DNA of 63,058 bases, counting the filler, from Octopus bimaculoides (taxonomy: Eukaryota), in the NCBI RefSeq assembly GCF_001194135.2. It is 6 parts of 6 records of this genome, joined end to end, with 100 filler letters (N's around TTAATTAATTAA, not from the genome) between each part and the next. Parts side by side here need not be neighbours in the genome. Positions count along the whole stretch, not along the records: positions 11,092 to 17,975 come from NC_069007.1; positions 18,076 to 30,128 come from NC_068997.1; 4 more parts are not named here. The stretch is one strand, 5' to 3'. Below, piece by piece: positions 11,398 to 22,070 of this stretch. The translations under genes were made by a program, and so were the position numbers. Positions within the stretch are counted from its first letter, which is position 1; each line of letters opens with the position of its first letter. A model generated the notes under the pieces. That model was not told the DNA's origin. It saw nothing but the letters and a program-made list of their open reading frames with translations, and did no database searches.

Positions 11398-11700
11398 TGG
11401 GGTTGTTTAACCCCGAGTCAAGTTTTACCCAGCATCCATATGATGAGAAGTGTTCCATCTATGGCCATCCTATCTATTATTCAGATATAGTATATCTACA
11501 ATTGTATTATCTAATGTGTCTATCCTTGTTGTTGTTTGGCCCCAGGTAAGCCCTGATCCAGCAGGCCTATGATGGAAGATGTTCCAGCAGTGATCATTGT
11601 CCATTCCAAATTTTATTCAGACATAGTGTATCTAGGACTACATTATCTAATGTGTCCCCAGATCAGCCTATTATGATCAAAAATATTACAGTGGTAGCCT
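11398..11700. repeat. ~130-bp tandem repeat (~2.3 diverged copies) in SETX-like intron
   Basis: TTATTCAGA(T/C)ATAGT(A/G)TATCTA...ATTATCTAATGTGTC occurs twice and CCTATGAT-like blocks three times. Confidence 0.65.
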
Positions 11701-11885
11701 CCTTTTACTTTTCACTTGCTGGGTCTGGTAGTAGGTGTCAGGCCCATAGCATTTGCTATGGGTTTGTGGTTTCTAGCAGAGTAGAGTGCAATGGATGGGA
11801 ATACAACTTCTGATAGAGATTTCTTTATTTCTTTTTAAATTTATCTTTTTTTTTCTTCTTTTTATTATTTTTACTGTCATCAAAG

Positions 11886-11994
11886 GTTGAGGTAATCCAG
11901 CAATCTCCTTGGTCAAGATCCAACCAACAGGAAGCGCAGACAGACCTACTCAAGTATTTACTTAGATGGAACACCAAGTGGTTACAAGAACAAA
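11886..11994 (+). CDS. SETX: Senataxin/Sen1-like gene, exon B
   Basis: Long T-rich tract, then AG|GTT...CAA A|GTGCGT; 109 nt, phase 0 to 1; VEVIQQSPWSRSNQQEAQTDLLKYLLRWNTKWLQEQ resembles the 'L.W...WL' segment preceding the Sen1/SETX helicase stalk. Confidence 0.75.
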
Positions 11995-12108
11995 GTGCGT
12001 AATTACTTTTCCAATGTTTGCTTTTTATTTATTTACTTTGTTTTAAATATGCAGAAATGTAATGCAGTGTTCTGTGCTGCTGAAATCCAGATCTGATCAA
12101 TGAAATTT

Positions 12109-12270
12109 TTTTTCGTGAGAAGTATATAAACCATAAAAAGCTACGTGGTATGAGGTGAATATATTTACATCCTTAGGACTACAGCTGTTTCGAGAAGTAT
12201 ATAAACCATAAAAAGTTAAGTGGTATGAGGTGAATATATTTACATTCTTAGGACTACAGCTGTTTCGTGA
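12109..12270 (-). repeat. 75-bp direct repeat x2 of a Penelope-like tail fragment
   Basis: GAGAAGTATATAAACC...GGACTACAGCTGTTTC at 12117 and 12192; the minus strand reads GAAACAGCTGTAGTCC (3' half of a minimal hammerhead). Confidence 0.7.
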
Positions 12271-12371
12271 AGATGTGAAACAGCCATAATGCTAGGGATA
12301 ACAAGTGGTTAAATAAATAGATTCACTTCCTGCCATAACAGAATCGAGATCCTAAAACCAAGATCTCACGT

Positions 12372-12552
12372 TAAAAGCACTGGTGCTGGTACCACATAAA
12401 AAGCACCCAATACACTCTGTAATGTGGTTGGCTTTAGGAAGGGCATCCAGCCGTCGAAAGCAAGCCAGATCAGACTATAAAACCTGGTGTGGGCCCTGAC
12501 ATTGCCAGTTCCTGTCAAGCTGTCCAACCCATAGCATTAAATGGTGATGATA
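12372..12552 (+). mobile_element. SINE 3' part with Meta-like domain
   Basis: GGTTGGCTTTAGGAAGGGCATCCAGCCGT motif (recalled from metazoan MetaSINE-type elements) and a (GAT)n-like tail. Confidence 0.6.
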
Positions 12553-12574
12553 CATATGGTGCATCATCTGTAAA

Positions 12575-12957
12575 ACTGGTGAGCTGGCAGAATCATTAGC
12601 ATACCGGGAGAAATGCTTAGCAATATTTCACCTGTCTTTTAATGTTCTGAGTTCAAATTCCGCCGAGGTTGACTTTACCTTTCATTCTTTCAGGGTCGAT
12701 AAATTAAGTACCAGTTACGCACTGGGATCGATGTAATCGACTTAATCCCTTTGTCTGTCCTCGTTTGTCCCCTCTATGTTTAGCCCCTTGTGGGCAATAA
12801 AGAAATAAGAAACATTAACATGCCGGGTGAAATGCTTAGTGGTATTTCGTCTGTCTTTACGTTCTGAGTTCAAATTCTGCCGAGATTGGCCTTGCCTTTC
12901 ATTCTTTCAGGGTCGATAAATTAAGTACCAGTTACGCACTGGGATCGATGTAATCGA
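12575..12957 (+). mobile_element. SINE family B, head-to-tail tandem running into a 944-N gap
   Basis: TTCTGAGTTCAAATT...CAGGGTCGATAAATTAAGTACCAGTTACGCACTGGGATCGATGTAATCGA occurs twice; the second copy starts at the AAATGCTTAG region. Confidence 0.85.
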
Positions 12958-13901
12958 NNNNNNNNNNNNNNNNNNNNNNNNNNNNNNNNNNNNNNNNNNN
13001 NNNNNNNNNNNNNNNNNNNNNNNNNNNNNNNNNNNNNNNNNNNNNNNNNNNNNNNNNNNNNNNNNNNNNNNNNNNNNNNNNNNNNNNNNNNNNNNNNNNN
13101 NNNNNNNNNNNNNNNNNNNNNNNNNNNNNNNNNNNNNNNNNNNNNNNNNNNNNNNNNNNNNNNNNNNNNNNNNNNNNNNNNNNNNNNNNNNNNNNNNNNN
13201 NNNNNNNNNNNNNNNNNNNNNNNNNNNNNNNNNNNNNNNNNNNNNNNNNNNNNNNNNNNNNNNNNNNNNNNNNNNNNNNNNNNNNNNNNNNNNNNNNNNN
13301 NNNNNNNNNNNNNNNNNNNNNNNNNNNNNNNNNNNNNNNNNNNNNNNNNNNNNNNNNNNNNNNNNNNNNNNNNNNNNNNNNNNNNNNNNNNNNNNNNNNN
13401 NNNNNNNNNNNNNNNNNNNNNNNNNNNNNNNNNNNNNNNNNNNNNNNNNNNNNNNNNNNNNNNNNNNNNNNNNNNNNNNNNNNNNNNNNNNNNNNNNNNN
13501 NNNNNNNNNNNNNNNNNNNNNNNNNNNNNNNNNNNNNNNNNNNNNNNNNNNNNNNNNNNNNNNNNNNNNNNNNNNNNNNNNNNNNNNNNNNNNNNNNNNN
13601 NNNNNNNNNNNNNNNNNNNNNNNNNNNNNNNNNNNNNNNNNNNNNNNNNNNNNNNNNNNNNNNNNNNNNNNNNNNNNNNNNNNNNNNNNNNNNNNNNNNN
13701 NNNNNNNNNNNNNNNNNNNNNNNNNNNNNNNNNNNNNNNNNNNNNNNNNNNNNNNNNNNNNNNNNNNNNNNNNNNNNNNNNNNNNNNNNNNNNNNNNNNN
13801 NNNNNNNNNNNNNNNNNNNNNNNNNNNNNNNNNNNNNNNNNNNNNNNNNNNNNNNNNNNNNNNNNNNNNNNNNNNNNNNNNNNNNNNNNNNNNNNNNNNN
13901 N

Positions 13902-14385
13902 CCCGTTTTAAAAAAGATCCGAGATTTGTGCATTTAAACCGCTTCGAGATTTCATCTGGTTTAATCGTAATTTATACGCATATATTGTTTATATAATAAA
14001 TTACGCTGTGCATATCTGTGTGTGTAACAATTTTAGAGTTAGGGTTAGTTTTAGGGTTAGGGTTACGGTTAGGGTTAACAATCTAGTTAGGGTTAGGGGA
14101 TTAATACGATATACACCGTTACAGCGCTAACTGTTTTCAACTGAATAGACGTCAGTGATTAGTAGAAATTATCGAAATAAGGCAATTTTTTACATGAAAT
14201 AAATTCGAATACAAAAATTTTTTTCTGTTCTATAACACAAAATAGATAAGTATACGAAGTTTGAAAGTCTTTCGGTACCAAAAACACTACATAAAACATA
14301 AATGAAAACTGGTGCCCCCGTTTTAAAAAAGATCCGAGATTTGTGCATTTAAACCGCTTCGAGATTTCATCTGGTTGCAACCCCT
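13902..14385. repeat. 415-bp-period tandem unit containing TTAGGG repeats (possible non-autonomous Helitron/Helentron-type element)
   Basis: A 59-bp block at 13902-13960 recurs at 14317-14375; six perfect TTAGGG plus variants at 14039-14098; terminal palindrome GGTTGCAACC at 14373-14382. Confidence 0.65.
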
Positions 14386-14744
14386 CTCCATTGGCTCAGC
14401 TTTCAGACTCACACTTTACATTAGAAATAACGCTGGTTGTCATGGTAGCCGTAGAACATCGACATTACCAGTGAATCACTCAGAGTTACTTCCCTTACCA
14501 TTAAACTACAAAAGAAATTGCCTTCAAAAACTCAACCAAATTAATGTCTAACAACTGAAACCCAACAGGAACAAACACGGATGTTAAGGATTAACTATAA
14601 AAGAAAATACTTTGAACAGGCAATGGGTTAATCTGTTGCTCTTATACTTCAAGAACTTTTGCCAATGTGATTCCTTTATTCTACTATTCTTAATTCAATT
14701 GCTATATCAACATGTTTCTCTGACTGTTATTTCTTATTCTTCAG

Positions 14745-14872
14745 ACACGCTAAAAACATCTCCTCCAGTCGTCTCCAAAGATCAACTGTTTCCTCTCCTA
14801 CAGAGCTACCCATCCTACACAGAGTATGTCAGTGTCGTTCGGCCCCTGCTCTTGTTAGAAATCTGGGAAAAT
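14745..14872 (+). CDS. SETX: Senataxin/Sen1-like gene, exon C
   Basis: TTCTTATTCTTCAG|AC...GAAAAT|GTAAGT; 128 nt, phase 1 to 0; (N)TLKTSPPVVSKDQLFPLLQSYPSYTEYVSVVRPLLLLEIWEN resembles the Sen1 'Y.S..EY.....PLLLLE.W' motif (recalled from yeast Sen1). Confidence 0.82.
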
Positions 14873-15077
14873 GTAAGTGTTACTTCCTTTTTGCTTGCTT
14901 GTATATGTTTGGGATGGGGCCTGGCGATGAGCAGCTCCAGGTCTGTGAGTCAAAGCAACACCCCCATTCCATCCTCTCCTATTTCTCTGCCCGCCTTTTT
15001 TAGTGTTCACCACTGAACAGGAAAATTCATTTTCAACCTTAACTTGTGTTTGTTACTCACACAAACTTAAATCATTC

Positions 15078-15260
15078 AGGTGCAGGTGTGGCTGTGTGGT
15101 TAGAAGCTTGCTTCCCAACCACATGGTTCCGGGTTCAGTCCCCCTGCGTGGAAACTTGGGCGAGTGTCTTCTACTATAGCCTCGGGCTGACCAAAGCCTT
15201 GTGAGTGGAAGTACGAGGCTTACAGAAAATAAGTCCTGGGGTCGAATTGTGCGACTAAAG
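15078..15260 (+). mobile_element. SINE family C: tRNA head and CORE-like domain fused to the 3' tail (internal deletion)
   Basis: A box TGGCTGTGTGGTTAGAAG, B box GGGTTCAGTCCC, CTTGGGCGAGTGTCTTC, then abruptly AGTACGAGGCTTACAGAAAATAAGTCCTGGGGTCGA. Confidence 0.75.
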
Positions 15261-15631
15261 AATTAGATGGTTTAGTATCAAAAGAGTTAAGACAAACTTG
15301 ATGGAAAGATTTGAAAGCTAAATTATATGACTAGGATATTTCTGTAGCAATTACTGCCTCTGTTTCAGTTAATGTTGGAAATATTGGCTTCAAATTTTGG
15401 CACAAGTCCAGCAGGTTTGGGGAGAGGGGTAAATCGATTACATCCATACCCCTACTGCAGCGAAAATAAGAAACATTGGATAATGTAGTCCAAGATAGAT
15501 TATACACAAGAAAAAGACAAAAAGATGGGACTGTCACTTCATGAATACCCTTGTTTGCTGATCTGTTCATTCGGGACTGATCTGGGGGTTAAAGAACAAC
15601 AACTTAACAATGTTTTCATTTCTTTCACTAG

Positions 15632-15737
15632 GTGTTTCGGGACTATTCGGAGACTGTGTTGAAGGACCGCATTTTAAAAGTGGCCTGCAGTAATGTCCGC
15701 AAAGCCAGCCCTAGCCATGTGGATTACATTGTCTACG
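15632..15737 (+). CDS. SETX: Senataxin/Sen1-like gene, exon D
   Basis: TTTCTTTCACTAG|GTG...TAC G|GTAAAC; 106 nt, phase 0 to 1; VFRDYSETVLKDRILKVACSNVRKASPSHVDYIVY; phase fits exons C and E. Confidence 0.75.
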
Positions 15738-16197
15738 GTAAACCACTTTTCTTACTAATATATTCAGTGGCACTCTGGATGTGTGTCTTCGACACTAGTC
15801 CTGGGCCCACCAAAGTTTTGTGACTCAATTTGGTTGCCAAAAAAATGAAAGTAGCTCATTCTACATATGCATGGCTGTGTGTGTGCGAACCACCATCGTC
15901 ATTTGATGTCCTCTTTTCCATGTTTGCATGAGTTGAACAGAATTCATGGAGGCAGATTTTCTATGGCCAGATGCCCCTCCTATCACCAACCCTGACTTGT
16001 TTCCAGCCAAATTAATATTTCTCATGGTTGGACATATTTTCCGTGATTGTTATTTCCATACATGCAATAAAGGCGTCTGCTGCACCTGTTTTTGCATTAG
16101 ACAACATCCTGATTTGTGTGTGAATCTACAGATACATATGTGTATGCAGTATATTTAATGTTGCTGAATTGCGGAAAGTGCACATTGAAAACATTCT

Positions 16198-16390
16198 CTT
16201 TTGCTCTTTTACTTGTTTCAGTCATTTGACTGCGGCCATGCTGGAGCACCGCCTTTTAGTCGAGCAAATCGACCCCAGGACTTATTCTTTTGTAAGCCTA
16301 GTACTTATTCTATCGGTCTCTTTTTGCCGAACCGCCAAGTTACGGGGACGTAAACACACCAGCATCGGTTGTCAAGCGATGTTGGGGGTA

Positions 16391-16432
<42 letters not shown>
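16198..16432 (-). mobile_element. SINE family C, 3' half with internal (CA)n
   Basis: Reverse complement of 40880-41100. Confidence 0.85.
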
Positions 16433-17208
16433 NNNNNNNNNNNNNNNNNNNNNNNNNNNNNNNNNNNNNNNNNNNNNNNNNNNNNNNNNNNNNNNNNNNN
16501 NNNNNNNNNNNNNNNNNNNNNNNNNNNNNNNNNNNNNNNNNNNNNNNNNNNNNNNNNNNNNNNNNNNNNNNNNNNNNNNNNNNNNNNNNNNNNNNNNNNN
16601 NNNNNNNNNNNNNNNNNNNNNNNNNNNNNNNNNNNNNNNNNNNNNNNNNNNNNNNNNNNNNNNNNNNNNNNNNNNNNNNNNNNNNNNNNNNNNNNNNNNN
16701 NNNNNNNNNNNNNNNNNNNNNNNNNNNNNNNNNNNNNNNNNNNNNNNNNNNNNNNNNNNNNNNNNNNNNNNNNNNNNNNNNNNNNNNNNNNNNNNNNNNN
16801 NNNNNNNNNNNNNNNNNNNNNNNNNNNNNNNNNNNNNNNNNNNNNNNNNNNNNNNNNNNNNNNNNNNNNNNNNNNNNNNNNNNNNNNNNNNNNNNNNNNN
16901 NNNNNNNNNNNNNNNNNNNNNNNNNNNNNNNNNNNNNNNNNNNNNNNNNNNNNNNNNNNNNNNNNNNNNNNNNNNNNNNNNNNNNNNNNNNNNNNNNNNN
17001 NNNNNNNNNNNNNNNNNNNNNNNNNNNNNNNNNNNNNNNNNNNNNNNNNNTCTGCTAAAATACACTGCTTTTATTTCAATTAATTTTGAAAATAATGAAC
17101 TTAAATTAAAATAGCTAGCATTTGGGGCATAACATTAAGTTTTGATGGGAAGTTTTTAATTTAGATAAGTGGTTCCCAAAGTGGGTGGTATTGCCCCCTG
17201 GGGATTAA

Positions 17209-17253
17209 ATACTACTACTACTACTACTGCTACTGCTACTGCTGCTGCTGCTG

Positions 17254-17284
<31 letters not shown>

Positions 17285-17285
17285 A
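17209..17285. repeat. (ACT)n/(GCT)n microsatellite just upstream of the exon E acceptor
   Basis: Direct reading. Confidence 0.9.
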
Positions 17286-17311
17286 GTAGAGTGGCTTTTT
17301 CTCTGTTGTAG

Positions 17312-17539
17312 GTGTGGTGTCAGAAATGGATCAGTTCTCCAACAACTGTATATCAGAGGGAGACTTTATAATCTTGAAACTTCGAGTGAAGAATTCGACA
17401 AGTCAGAGCACCAGCAGTGGTGGTAACCATGGAGGCTCCAGCATCAACAGTGAATACCCAGTGTTTGGGTTTGTGGAAAGTGTTTCTTTCCAAAAACCTC
17501 ATTATCACTGTGACATTTTTGATAGATTCCCTGATCTTG
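17312..17539 (+). CDS. SETX: Senataxin/Sen1-like gene, exon E (1B beta-barrel-like region)
   Basis: TTTTTCTCTGTTGTAG|GT...CTT G|GTAAGA; 228 nt, phase 1 to 1; (G)VVSEMDQFSNNCISEGDFIILKLRVK...YPVFGFVESVSFQKPHYHCDIFDRFPDL; 'EGDFIIL' resembles the E.DL(V/I).L motif of Upf1/Sen1-family 1B domains. Confidence 0.75.
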
Positions 17540-17571
17540 GTAAGAAATGGCTATATATATATCTATTCTTT

Positions 17572-17690
17572 TATATTTTTGCTTCTTTCAGTCATTTGAC
17601 TGCAGCCATGCTGGAGCACTGCCTTCATATGGGTTTTTTAGTCGAAGAAATCGACCCTGGAACTTTTTTTTTTTAAGTCTAGTACTTTTT
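17572..17690 (-). mobile_element. SINE family C, 3' fragment
   Basis: TTCAGTCATTTGACTGCAGCCATGCTGGAGCACTGCC...GAAATCGACCC. Confidence 0.75.
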
Positions 17691-18075
17691 GTTTTTTTTT
17701 TTGCCATATTTCCCATTTATTGATGCATTTGTGGAGACAGAAGATATTGTCACAGAGCTCTACACCAGTTATTTTGAGGTTCATTCATGACTTTCCCACA
17801 CTACCCCCCACCATGAAATCAAAGATCGTGAAAAAAATGCTCCACCCTATTTGTCCATGAAGAGGTTCGGGCATCTCTCGTATCTAACTTTTCTCTGACA
17901 GTAAATAATGGCCAAGCATCAGTGGTGAACCAAAGTCACACTAATTTACTATGTCACAAACAAATGTTCTTCCACNNNNNNNNNNNNNNNNNNNNNNNNN
18001 NNNNNNNNNNNNNNNNNNNTTAATTAATTAANNNNNNNNNNNNNNNNNNNNNNNNNNNNNNNNNNNNNNNNNNNN

Positions 18076-18115
18076 TCTTCTTCTTCTTCTTCTTCTTCTT
18101 CTTCTTCTTCTTCTT

Positions 18116-18144
<29 letters not shown>
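18076..18144. repeat. (TTC)n microsatellite
   Basis: Direct reading. Confidence 0.95.
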
Positions 18145-18146
<2 letters not shown>

Positions 18147-18199
18147 AAAAGTCATAATACAACACGGTTAGCAGAACAGTTATCACACCGGATAACATG

Positions 18200-19945
18200 C
18201 TTTGCAGCATTTCTTTCGGCTTAATGTTCAGAAATCCTTACTTCGTCGTGTCTTCACGTGGCTTTCGTTTCAGCCTTTTCTTACTTTCGTCTCGGCCTTT
18301 TCTTAATCTCCCATTAGTCACTTCTTTGTCTCGGATCGTGCCATTTTCCGAACTTGGCCTTTCCTCTGTCTCCTTCTTTTCTTGTCTGTCCAACGTCTTT
18401 CATTCTTCTCGGTATTTTCTTTGCCTCACATCAGACTCAGTTTTCTGTTCTTGGTTCTTAGTGGATTTCCTTCACTCTCCTATTTGTGTTTTCTTGCTTT
18501 CTATCTTTTCTACTCTTTGTCCTCTTGGTCATGGTGATTCCTTGGTCTCATCTCGATCTCTTCTTGCTATGGTCTTAGTATTTGTCTCAGCCTTTCTTAG
18601 CTTTGTCTCGGCCTTTCTTGGCTTTGTCTCGGCCTTTCTTGGCTTTGTCTCGTTTTTTTCTCTTTTCCCTATTGGTGTGATCTTATTCCCGTCTTGCTCT
18701 CTTCCAATGCTCCTCTCCTCCCTCTTGTGTTGGTCTCACCTTGATCTTTCCTTAGTCTAGTGTCATTCTTTTCTTAATCTTCCTGACAATATTTTCTTAG
18801 TTCTCGGTCTTTTTTTCGTATGATTTGGGTCTCGATTTTTTGGTGTCGATTTTCTTCTTGGTCTGGTGTCGGTCTTTCCTCGCTTCAGTCTTTTATTGCT
18901 GGTCTTTTCTTGGTCGTCTGCTCTTCGTCTGGTTTCGGCCTTGGTGTTTACTTTCTCTCAGTATTTATCCATCGGGTTTCGGTCTTTTCTTCCTTTCGGT
19001 CTTTACTTGCTCTGGTCTCAGTGTCCTTCTGTTCTTCGTCTGGTTTTCCTCTTGGTCATTTATTTGTCTCGATGTTCCTTGCTCTTGTCTCACTCCCTTC
19101 ATAATCTGCTTTTCGTCTCTTCCTTGTCTCATTTCGGTTTTTTATTGGTCTTTATATTCTCTTGGTCATAATATTCTCTTGGTCTTTAGTCTCCTCTCAG
19201 TTTTAACTTGGTCTCATCTCAGTCTTTCCTCGAACTGGTCCTGAATCTTTCTCGATCTGTTTTATGTCTATTCTTAGTGTCGGTCAGTTCTTCGTGTCGG
19301 TCAGTTCTTCGTCCGCTCTCGGTATTGGTGTGTTTTCCTCTTTTCGTGTTTTCTGTCTTTTCTTGAATCTTTTTTTCATTTTTGTCATGGCATGGTCTCG
19401 TTTCGGTCCGTTCTTGCTTTATTCTTTGCCTGGGTCATTTTTGCTTGTCACTCTTTTCTTCTTTCTTGGACTCAGTCTCTTCTTAGTCTGCTTCTGGTCT
19501 TTTTCAGTTCGTTGTCTGTTTTAGGTAACTGTCTTTCAATTGCAGTGTCTTTCTTCGTCTGTTTACTACCATATCCTGGTCTGCTTTTGGCATTCTCTCT
19601 GCTTTGAGTCTCGGTCTTTTCTTCGTTTTGTCTGTCTTTTCTAGGTCTGTTCTTGGTCATTTCTCGCTGTCGGTCTTTCCTAGGTCTGGTCGCGGAGTCT
19701 GTTTTTTAATATCTAGTTTCTGTCTCGTCTCTATCTTTTCTTGCTCTTTCCTCTTCCTTGGCCGCTATCTTCTCTTGTTTTGCTTTCGAAATTTTCTTGG
19801 TCTACACTCGATCATTAATTTCGGTTTCGGTCATTTCCTCATCTAATCTCTGTGTTTTCTTGGCCTGTTTTCGGTCTGTTCTTGGCCAGGTCTCTGTCTG
19901 CTCTTCGTCTTGTCTCGGTCATTTCTCGGTTTCATCTCGTTTCTG
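18200..19945. repeat. A-poor, pyrimidine-rich cryptic repeat built on TTGGTCT/GTCTC cores
   Basis: Recurrent (G/C)GGTC(T/A) and GTCT(C/T) cores; 21-bp x3.4 at 18581-18652 and 17-bp x2 at 19277-19310. Confidence 0.75.
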
Positions 19946-20511
19946 AGTATTATTGCTACTGAATAATCAATCATTCTAACACATAACACGCCCATCTTCC
20001 TCTTATTCATCCCACCACCTTGTCAAGCCAAATGCTCTTGTAGCAAATATATTGTTTTATTATTTATAGATGCGTTCGTTCGATTCGACTTTGGTGAGGA
20101 GACTTATGGCAGACGATTACGCGTACTTCTAATGAAGGACCTGTTTCGATCACATCCTTATATAATTTGAAAAAAAAATTATGTAATTTGTACAACAATA
20201 GAAGTGCGAAGGCTGTGGGAGGTTTTCAAATAAAACTAGACATTGTACATATGACTAATGCTATGATGTAAAAAGCGTCATTCCGTGGAGAATTCTTATA
20301 TCTGTTTCGTAACAGGCGGTCCTTTAGGTATTTTGATTTCGTAATAATATTTCTAAATAATATCAGCTACGTTGAGCTGAAGTCCTTCTGGACAAGATAA
20401 TGGGGAGGAAATATATCAGGTAATTCCCACCTCGAAGGACTGCTCTGATTTAGAGGTTTCGTAGTTATTATGCAATACTATAACAGCATGACAAAATAAC
20501 ACTATCCGCTT

Positions 20512-20597
<86 letters not shown>

Positions 20598-20808
20598 ATA
20601 CAAATAATATACACATATACATTCTGTGTATATGCCGGTAATAATGTATAATATAATATTATATTATATTATATTATATTATATTATATTATATCATATT
20701 ATATATACATACATACATGTATATATGTGCATATATACTTACATATATGTGTGTGTGTGTTTGTGTATAAGAGAGAGAGAGGGAGAGAGAAACAGAATTG
20801 GATTTATA

Positions 20809-20853
<45 letters not shown>

Positions 20854-21671
20854 CCTATCTATCTATCTGTCTATCTATATTATATACTGTATGACTGACT
20901 GCACGCGTCATGAAGCAATTCAGTTTTATTCATCTGATTACACACTGCCGAAATAAGTGTGAGCTCTCAAGCACATTCATATGTATGTATGTATGTATGT
21001 AGGTATGTATGTATGTATGTATGTATGTATGTATCTATAGGAGGATCTTAAAGTTGAAATATGTTGGCCAGTTTGTAAGGAAACAATATATGTATGTACG
21101 TGAACATCTATCAACCTTCCTACCTACCTGTCTGCCTGCCTGCCTGCCTGTCTGTCTGTGTGTCTATCCACATACCTATAAATAAGTTTGCATGTATTGT
21201 ATACTTGCATGAATAATGTCAGAATGATAAAACACAATATATTAAGACTCTCCGTAAACAGATAATCCCGGTCCGCTGGGGCGCAGGATGTTGGTTTTTA
21301 CTATTTGTATATTCAAACAGATTTTCTAAATCTTTCGTCATCACGGAGTTACATATTTCAAATTAATTACATCGCCTTGCACAATCCTCTGAAGAATTCC
21401 AGCAACAGTGTAAAATATATTTCATGCTTTGTTTCTTCTTTTCTTTTCTGTGTCGTCTCTTTGTGAAATTCTCTTTCCTTTGTTATCTACAGAAAATTAC
21501 GACTTTAGAAACTACCACACCAACAACACCATAAAAAAAAAACAAAAAAAAACGAAACAAAATAAAAAAACGGGAATACATTTTAATATAAGCAGATATT
21601 TCGAGAAAACCGAATGATACTTATAAAATTATCAAATTATAGAAGCAATTAAAATAATCACAGTAAAAATA

Positions 21672-21685
21672 ATGACGATGACGAA

Positions 21686-21720
<35 letters not shown>

Positions 21721-21733
21721 CGAAGATGACGAA

Positions 21734-21765
<32 letters not shown>

Positions 21766-21800
21766 CGAAGATGATGATGATGATGATGATGATGATGATA
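21672..21800. repeat. (GAT)n microsatellite with periodic GACGAA interruptions
   Basis: Direct reading. Confidence 0.9.
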
Positions 21801-21979
21801 ATAAAAAGAACCTAAAACTAGCGAAAATAACAAGAGCCAGCTAAATGATTTTCTTCTCGAAAGCAAAACAAAAATCTGTTTGCTAGATTCGATAAACAAC
21901 TGAAATCACTAATGTTGTCTCATTAATCATCAAATGCAATTTAATTACCATTTAGAGATGTTTCCGGTTGCACAAAACA

Positions 21980-22024
<45 letters not shown>

Positions 22025-22034
22025 NNNNNNNNNN

Positions 22035-22070
<36 letters not shown>

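Noticed and set aside
14039-14098. True telomere or chromosome end
   Set aside because: Short, interrupted, intronic and embedded in a repeated unit.
18197-19946. Hydrophobic membrane-like plus-strand ORFs
   Set aside because: A-poor composition suppresses stops, the ORFs overlap in several frames, and a 17-bp duplication breaks the frame.
20071-20170. Possible next SETX-like exon after a TTTATAG acceptor
   Set aside because: The phase-1 frame reaches a stop with no convincing donor and shows no Sen1-like motif; it also lies beyond a scaffolding spacer.
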